Assembly (NCBI GenBank): GCA_038087875.1
Contig: JAXLNO010000560.1
Span: 1-56,646 of the forward strand
From: Malacoraja senta
Taxonomy: Eukaryota
DNA length: 56,646 nucleotides
Direction of reading: 5' to 3'
Shown here: piece by piece, positions 48,880-56,646 of the stretch
Layout of the letters: the number at the start of each line of letters is the position of its first letter
How positions within the stretch are numbered: the stretch's first letter is position 1
Notes under the pieces: generated by a model
What the model saw: the letters and a program-made list of their open reading frames with translations, nothing else
What the model was told of the DNA's origin: nothing
Database searches by the model: none
Translations under genes and position numbers: made by a program

Positions 48880-49415
48880 TCAGTTTAGTTTCGAGATACA
48901 GTGCGGAAACATACCCATCGGCCCACCGAGTCCGCACCGACCAGCAATCCCCGCACACTAACACTATCCTACGCACACTAGGGGCAATTTACAATTATAC
49001 CAAGCCAATTAACTTACAAACCTGTACGTCTTTGGAGTGTGGGAGGAAACCGAAGATCTCGGAGAAAACCCACGCAGGTTACGGGGAGAAGGTACAAACT
49101 ATGTACAGACCAGCACCCGTTGTCAGGATCGAACCCCGGTCTTTGGCGCTGTCAAGGGCCTGTCCCACTTTCACGACCTAACTCGCGACCTCTGCCGAGT
49201 TTGCTCTTGACTCATACTCGCGGCATGGTCGTCACAAGGTCGTAGGAGGTCGTAGGTAGGTCGTAGCAGGCCGTGATGCTAGTCGTAGGTACTCGTGGCA
49301 TCAAGTAGTTCGAGGCGTTTATTCTAGCCTGATGAAAAATGGCCACAAGTAAAAAAGGTAGTGAATTAGGTCGTGAAAGTGGGACAGGCCCTTAAGGCAG
49401 TAGCTCTAACGCTGC
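48880..49415 (-). mobile_element. HE1 V-SINE interrupted by a MITE
   Basis: GGCGCTG and TAAGGCAG halves of the head flank the MITE. Confidence 0.88.
49155..49392. mobile_element. MITE, PIF/Harbinger-like
   Basis: Perfect 27-bp TIR AGGGCCTGTCCCACTTTCACGACCTAA; TCA/TAA flanks at a site that reads TAA in uninterrupted HE1 copies. Confidence 0.9.
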
Positions 49416-51249
49416 ACCTGTCAGGAAAAGGTATCCTTTCCTACTCATCTTTATGCAGGATGGACTTATCCAACCTTGTGACCTTAGCTTACACTAGCAC
49501 AAACAAATATAAAGCTCAAATAGTTATATAGTACAAACCAGCACAAGTCCATGCCAACCCATCAAATTCCCATTCATCCTAAGGCAAACCTAATTTGTTC
49601 TCCCCTCCATCTCATCACTTACCCCCAGATTCTACCGTTCACCAGGGGGAAATTGCAGCTACCTTCTCATGAGTCTTTGGGAGGAAACAGGAGCACCCAG
49701 AGGAGACCCACGCAGTCACAGGGCAGATACCACATACACAGCACCTGAGGGCAGAATTGAACCTGTGTCTCTGGGGCGATGAGGCAGCATTCCTCTCGAC
49801 TGTGAGTCCGCGCAGCCCCAACCGTGCCATCGTACTGGGGTCCAGAGCTGCGGGTCAGCAAAGCAGATATTTTACGAGCAAGGAACTGCAGGTGCTGGTT
49901 TACCAAAAAAAAGACAGAGAGTGCAGGAGTAGCTCACCGGGTCAGGCAGCATCCCTGGGGAATGTGGATAGTGGCCCTTCTTCAGATTGATTGTGGGGTG
50001 GAGAGGGAAGGGGGGGGGGGTGAAGGAAAGCTGTTGGAGAAGAGGGTCAGCCGAAAGCCTGGCAGGAAATGGGTGAACACAGGTGGGGGGGGGGGGGGGG
50101 GGTTGATAGGTAGATGGTTAGACAAATCACTTCACCTGTGGAGATGAATGCAGAGTGCAGCAATGGTTGGGTTTGATGGGTGTAGATAGCACCCGGAGAA
50201 AACCCACGCAGGTTACGCGGAAAACGTACAAACTCCGTACAGACGGCGCCCGTAGTCAGGATCAAACCCAGGACTCTGGCGCTGTAAGGCAGCAGCTGTA
50301 CCGCTGAGCCACCGTGCTGCCCGAATGTAGAGAAAATATGGTTAAATGGAATGACGGTAAACGCTTAACCACGATCTAGCTGAATGGCAGAACAGTTCTT
50401 GATGGGCCGAACGGCCAGCTCCTATTCCTCTGTAAATAATTGATTCCTGCTCTGCGCCACTATCAGCTCAATGACACCTTTATCGAGGCAATCCTGCTAT
50501 CTGTGTGGTGGCCAGCACGTTGCCCATTCCACTGCCAAACTGGACGTTTATTCCTTAATGACCTGTAGCCAACAAAGCTCGCAAAGCTGTAATTCAGTGC
50601 TCCTTATGGTTCATAAATTGCCCATCAAAATTAATCAGTTGATTCACAGCCTTGGTCAGCCATCTAATATGCATCAAATATGGCTTCAATTATTAGGTCC
50701 CAACATTAATTGTTTTGTACCACTCATTTGCAACGGAGAAACAAATATTAAAATCGGTGTCCTTCACGAAGCTGCCAAATGCCTTTAGCTGCTGTGTAGT
50801 GATAACTGGACAATCTTGCTCACCAGTGAATGCCATTGTAAATGAATCAAGTTTCTTCACCATCTTTGTTCTTGGCCCCCCCCAAACTTCTCACTGTGAA
50901 TAATGTTGTTTCACCTTCAGCCATCCGTGTGTCTGTGAAAGTCTTACACTTTCAATTCTTTCAGGGGAGGAGTTTCTTCGAGTCATCTCCACTTTGCGGA
51001 AATTCCTCAGTCCCACCAACCTCCGCTTTCCTCTGACAGATTCAGCTTTAATGGTCCATTTGTATTCTCAGCTTCACTACGCTCTCCGATGTCGAAGGGA
51101 TGCCCACACATCATGCATGCTCCCGATGTGTTGAGGTTCTTCTTCCAAGTTTAGCATTCGTTTCCTTTAACATCTCATCGTTCTCTACTTGATTCAAGTC
51201 TTGGATATTCCTCACACATCTGCAGAGATCTTGTCCTTCATGTTCATAT

Positions 51250-51672
51250 GTTATCGGAGGAGAATGAGTCCATTCAGCCCATCAAGTCCATTCTGCCATT
51301 CAATCATAGTTGGTCTATCTTTCCCTCTCAACCCCATTCTCCTGCCTTCTCCCCATAACCCCTGACACCCTTGCTAATCAAGAACCTGTCATTCTTTGCC
51401 TTTAAATTATCCATAGCCTCCACAGCCGTCTGTGGCAATGAATTCCACACATTCACCACCCTCTGACTAAAGAAATTCCTCCTCATCTCCTTTTTGAAGG
51501 TACATCCTTGTATTCTGAGGCTACGACCTCTGGTCCTAGCCTCTCCCACTAGTGGAAACATCCTCTCCACGTCCACTCTATCCAGGCCTTTCACTAATCG
51601 GTGAGTTTCAATGAGGTTCCCCCAAATCTTTCTAAATTCCAGCGAGTACAGGCCCAGTGCCATCAAACGCTT
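51250..51672 (-). mobile_element. CR1/HER1 3' fragment
   Basis: LGLYSLEFRKIWGNLIET..KGLDRVDVERMFPLVGEARTRG..FFSQRVVNVWNSLP. Confidence 0.9.
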
Positions 51673-52177
51673 GTCACATCCTTGCCCCTCTCCCAGTTGT
51701 CTGGGCAGCTGCTGTCCACATTCACCACCTCCACCTTGAGTTGGTGCACTTCCCACTGATTCCTAGAGATACTGCCAACCTGCAGAAGCCTCCAGTCTCC
51801 TGTCATTAATTCACATCTTTGAATGGGCCATCTTTTCGCAGTGCACTTCACTGAGTTCGGACTAACCTGTCACTGGCCTGCCCTCCAGTTACACTCCACC
51901 CCCATTCCCTCAACAAACCAGAACCCACTGCACTCTACAGAGCACCAGCTCCTTCAGTCATGGAATCACTGAGCACAGATGCAGTCCCTTCGGCCATAAG
52001 ATCAATGCCGACCATCTAGTATCAATCTATACTAATTCCATTTGCCGGCACTTTGTCCATTACACACCTTCCTAAAAGTCCATCACCCTCCCAGGCAGTG
52101 GGCTCCACTGTGTAGCTGTGACTAGTTGGCCGGTGGGCAAGTTGGGCCGAAGGGCCTGTTCCCACACTGTATCACTT

Positions 52178-52407
52178 CAGCAGCAACCAGAAAAGGGTAC
52201 GACTCTTTGGGCGACTACTCACGACCATACAGGCGTCACCCCACAACATGTCGACACGCGACGCCTGTATGGTGGTGAGTAGTCGCCCAAAGAGTCATAC
52301 CTTTTTCTGGTCGCTGCTGGATTTTCAACATGTTGAACATTTTCGGCCACCTGCTGCGACTATGATGGCAAGTCACAGAAAAAAATCTCGTAAGTGGGAC
52401 AGGCCCT
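52178..52407. mobile_element. Truncated MITE of the same TIR family with an internal 60-bp hairpin
   Basis: Ends in AAGTGGGACAGGCCCT; arms at 52178-52237 and 52260-52319. Confidence 0.75.
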
Positions 52408-52709
52408 GAAGGCATCTTCTCACTGGTTTCACATGAGCCCCGCACCTTCCCCCGAACAGGTCAGGTCTTAACTCTACAAAAGACACAAGTGGCTGGGCAA
52501 CTCAGCAGGCCAGGCAACATCTCTGGGGAATATGGATAGGTGATGTTTCAGGTCGGGATCCTTCACCCGCCCCAAAATTTCCATCCATGTCCTCCAGCCT
52601 GACCCGCTGAGTTACTCCAACACTTTGATGTCTTTTTTTGTATAAACCAGCATCTGCAGTTCCTTTTTTCTGCTTCTTGCTTCCTGACTCCAACCATTGG
52701 TAATGATAA

Positions 52710-53330
52710 TGGTTTATTTAGTTTGGTGTTTTATATCAAGATACAGTGAAATTCTTTGTGTGCTATCCAGTCAGCTCAGACTCTACAAGAGTGTAATCAA
52801 GCCAATACACAGGTGCAACAGGTAGAGCAAAGAGAACAAACACCAGAGTGTAGAATATGGTGTTGCAGCATTGTAGCATTACAGTTAGAGAGAAAGTGCA
52901 GATTTTTTTTTTAAGTGCCAGGGCCATAATGAGGTAGGTTGAAGATCCATTCAGTAGTCAGTTAACAGCGGGAATAATTTCTGAATCTGGTGGTACGTGC
53001 TTGCAAGCATTTGTAATCTTTTTTCCAGATGGGGGAGGGAGAGGACAGAATATCGGGGGTGTAAATGGTCCTTCATTATGTCAGCTGTTCTCCTGAGGCA
53101 GTGTAGATGGTGTCGATGGAGTCTGATTTGCGTGATAGACTGGGCCACATACACAACTCTCTTCAATTCCTTGTGGTCTTGGGCAGAGCTGTTGCCAAGC
53201 CAAGCTGTGACGCAACCCAACAGTATGCTTACTACCGGCATCTGTAGAAGCTGGAAAACCCTGTTGGAGACATGCCAAACATCCTTCATCGTCTGAGGAT
53301 GTAGAGGCGTTGTTGTGCTTTGTTAGCAAT
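52710..53330 (-). mobile_element. Rex1/Babar-like LINE fragment, diverged
   Basis: SILLGCVTAWLGNSSAQDHKELKRVVYVAQSITQ. Confidence 0.8.
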
Positions 53331-53377
53331 GGGAGCCTGGAAGGTGAATTTATAATGGCTGATTATAATGGCTGTTA

Positions 53378-53656
53378 GTGAGGGACGCGGTAGAGCTGCT
53401 GCCTTACAGCGCCAGAGACCCGGGTTCGATCCTGACCACGGATGCTGTCAGTACGGAGTTTGTACGTTTTCTCCATGACCGTGTGAATTTTCCCCGGGTG
53501 CTCGGGTTTCCTCCCACACTCCAAAGACGTACGGATTTGTCGGTTAATTTGGCTTCAGTAAAGATTGTAAATTGTCCCTCGTGTGCCGGACAGCGTTAGC
53601 GTATGGTGTGCTCGCTGGTCGGGTGGGCCGGACGCCATGTTTGTGTGCTGTATCTC
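53378..53656 (+). mobile_element. HE1 V-SINE
   Basis: Matches the consensus seen in the other copies. Confidence 0.88.
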
Positions 53657-54982
53657 AATTACGCCAGCTATTAAACCAATAGTTACTGCTTTGCTACTTT
53701 CATGACCATCCCATCAAAGAGATTTTTTAATGCATCATTTCTAATTTTTCGAAAATGTGAGTCTGCGACATGGCGAATCACCCCGGGTTGGTATCAAAAG
53801 CCACAAAGTACAACCACTTCTTTTTATCGCACGGGTAAAAATTAAAAATATGAATTGGTTTCATCAACAGGTTGCTGGGTTATTGTTCTATACGTTCAGT
53901 AGAAGGTATTTGCAATCTGCATTTGTGTTTTAATGAGCCATGCCACAGCAGGTCTGTTCAAAAAAGCACTCTTTGCTTTCATTATTTTTTACGCTCAGCA
54001 CTCGGGCTCCTGTTAGGTCAGCAGTGTGTTTTATTTAATATTAATTTGCAACTAAGGGTTAGTTACATTCACCGTGGAAGTTAATGTAAGCGGCAAGTGT
54101 GCCCTTGATGCGATCATTTTCGCAGGTTCCATTTCACCAGGAAACACTGTCCCGATACGATGCAACATTTCTGGACAACAATAGAATTAAACGACTTTAT
54201 CTGACATTAACAAAGCCTGTTAATTAGAAATGTGTGCGCACTTCAGCCGACCAAGAGCATGTGCAAATATATGGAAATATTCATCTGTATCAAAAATTCT
54301 TTGATACTTGGCACTTTTATAATCTGACTGATAAAATTTAGTGACATTTGAACAGTGGCGTAAAAAAAAAATGTAACAGGTACAAACAAAAAATGGTTTA
54401 TTTTAATTTACTTGAAACTTTTCAAGGTCACATAACACAAGGTTATCTGACATAACTTTTACGATGCCTAGTGCTATATTGGCATCCACATTCCCCACCA
54501 TTCAAGTGTTTCTTTTTATAGTCCTTAAAATATGTCAAATATTGTTCATTTGCTGCCTTTTAAAGACGCAGCTCTCATTATCTGGAGACCATTTTTGGGC
54601 AGAAGTGGTGAGTTAAAAGACGAGGTTCCTTAATCACACTCTACCCCTCGCGTGGGAGTTGGTAAACTGTGATGTGTATTCCTCCAGCACTGGATTCTGT
54701 GTGGACGGAACATCCCACCCACAACAAGCCAGTCAGTCCACACATCTCTGACCATTAACACGGAGCTTACAAAGGAGATGATTACATGCAGAGGATGGTT
54801 CGTTTCGTTTCGTTTATTTCATGTATTTTTTTTGTGATTCCATGAATCTGCACGATAGTTCTCACTTTGTAGGAAGGAACTGCAGGTGCTGGTTTATACC
54901 GAAGAAAAACATGAAATGCTGGAGTAACTCAGCGGGACAGACAGCACCAATGGAGAAGGAGAATTGGTGGTGTTTTGACCTG

Positions 54983-55267
54983 ATTAGTTCGGTTTAGAAA
55001 TACAGCGCGGAAACAGGCCCTTCGGCCCACCGAGTCCACACCGACCAGCAATCCCCGCACACTAACACTATCCTACACACACTAGGGACAATATACATTT
55101 ATACCAAGCCAATTAACCTACAAACCTGTACGTCTTTGGGGTGTGGGAGGAAACCGAAGATCTCAGAGAAAACCCACGCAGGTCACGGGGAGAACGTACA
55201 AACTCCGTACAGACAAGCATCCGTGGTCAGGATCGAACCCGGGTCTCTGGCGCTGTAAGGCAGCAGC
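54983..55267 (-). mobile_element. HE1 V-SINE, slightly 5'-truncated
   Basis: Matches the consensus seen in the other copies. Confidence 0.9.
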
Positions 55268-55825
55268 TCAGTTTTAGATTATTGTCACGTGTACTGCGGT
55301 AGAGTGAAACGCTCTTGTTGCGTACTGCTGCGCCTTAGATTCGGTTCCAAGGAGAGTAAAAGGAACAGATGGCTATTTTTAAAACGTGGAGTGAGAGAAG
55401 ATTTCTCCCAGGTTAATATTTGTCCAGCTTGCAACTCGTGGGACATATCTTTCGGGTTTACAGTGACAGTTTACCAGTTGTTACTTTGAGGAGCTTCCTC
55501 TTCATCTGTCATTGTGCAAAAATCAGCCTTTTAATATTTATGTTTATTCTGCTTTACGCACTTCTGTTGCACATTTAATATTCAGAACACTGTCAATCCT
55601 CAAGCCTTTGAAATCTCACTGGGTCTGAATTATTCAGAAAAAGATAGGTTTCCAGAGATGGTGGCGTCTGCGTCAGTTGTATCCAAATAAACTCCTCAAA
55701 AGAGCAGGCCGACAAGTGGATTGTGCGTCCTCATGAATAAAAGTGTGGGATCATTTAATCACTGATTACTGATCACAGGTATATCCTTCGCAGTTTATTC
55801 GAGGAGCTGAGTCTGAATGCACAGG

Positions 55826-56124
55826 AGAGTGGCGCAGCGGTAGAGTTGCTGCCCCACAGCGCCAGAGACACTGGTTCGATCCTGACGACGAGTGCTGTCT
55901 GTACGGAGTTTGCACGTTCTCCCCGTGACTGCTTGGGTTTTCTCCGGGTGCTCCGGTTTCCTCCCACACTCCAAAGACGTGCAGGTTTGTAGGTTCATTG
56001 GCTTTGGTCAAAATTATAAATTGTCCCTCATGTGCAGGATGGTACCAGTGTACAGGGATCGCTGGTTGGCGCAGACTCGGTGGACTGAAGGGCCTGTTTC
56101 CATGCTGTTTCTCCAAAGTCTAAA
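55826..56124 (+). mobile_element. HE1 V-SINE
   Basis: A box TGGCGCAGCGG, B box GGTTCGATCC. Confidence 0.9.
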
Positions 56125-56209
56125 GGGATAGAGTGCATTATAGGAGGTCTTAGCATTTACTTGAATTGTATTCCATATGTTCCTCTTGCTCTTCCCCCAT
56201 CAGTCTTTT

Positions 56210-56646
56210 GAATGTAAGGGATAAATATACAGTTAATGGCAGGACCCTTAGCAGCATTGATGTACAGAGAGATCTTGAGGATCAAGTCCATAACTCCCTG
56301 AAAGTGGTAACACAAGTAGATAGGGTCATAAAGAAGGCTTATAGCATGCTTTTCTTCATTGATCGGGACATTGAATGAAACAGTCAGGAAGTCAGGAAGC
56401 AGCTTTATACGACTTTGTCAAGTCGCATTTAGAGAATGCAGTCAGTTCTGGTCTCCCCATTACAGGAAGGATGTGGAGGCATTGGAGAGGGTGCAGAGGA
56501 GGTTTACAAGAATGATGCCCGGATTAGGAGGTCTTAGCCTATTAGGGAGAAGTTGGATATTGTTGGATTGTTTTCTCTGGAACGCCAGAGTTTGATAGGT
56601 GACCTGGTGGAAGTATATCAAGTTATGGGAGGCATAGACATGGTAG
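56210..56646 (+). mobile_element. CR1/HER1 ORF2 fragment running off the window end
   Basis: YTVNGRTLSSIDVQRDL..QVHNSLKV..QVDRVIKKAY; QFWSPHYRKDVEALERVQRRFTRMMPGL. Confidence 0.9.

Noticed and set aside
50430..51250. Purine-rich minus-strand stretch that looks coding-like
   Set aside because: Stops interrupt the frames I read and no motif is recognisable; possibly a very old LINE relic, but unsupported.
52151..52166. AGGGCCTGTTCCCAC as the left TIR of the 52.2-kb MITE
   Set aside because: Better explained as the standard HER1/HE1 3' motif GGGCCGAAGGGCCTGTTTCC, which resembles the TIR by coincidence.
55826..55895. tRNA gene calls at HE1 heads (A and B boxes)
   Set aside because: Each head continues into the V domain and LINE-like tail, so these are SINE heads, not tRNA genes.

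Overview
This is repeat-dense, apparently non-coding vertebrate DNA. The repeat set (HE1 V-SINEs, HER1/CR1, Rex1/Babar, RTE, Penelope and Deu-domain SINE relics) points to an elasmobranch, probably a skate or ray (inference). I recognise no intact host protein-coding gene; the long ORFs in the track come from microsatellites or transposon fragments. Main contents: (1) a full-length but coding-dead 4.76-kb DIRS1 tyrosine-recombinase retrotransposon (3346-8105, minus strand) with near-intact ITR/ICR termini, integrated at an AAT core inside a CR1 fragment; (2) a Penelope GIY-YIG relic plus many short Penelope-derived elements carrying a minimal hammerhead-ribozyme-like core, several with 13-15 bp target-site duplications and fold-back structure, including a perfect palindrome with 76-bp arms; (3) Harbinger-like MITEs; (4) a local inverted and a local direct duplication at 37.6-40.9 kb; (5) two roughly 1-kb alternating purine-pyrimidine tracts; (6) a TE-poor, CpG-retaining block (about 21-27.8 kb) that starts at a CTCF-like site and may be regulatory. 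Repeat family names come from motif recognition, not database searches, and most boundaries are approximate.
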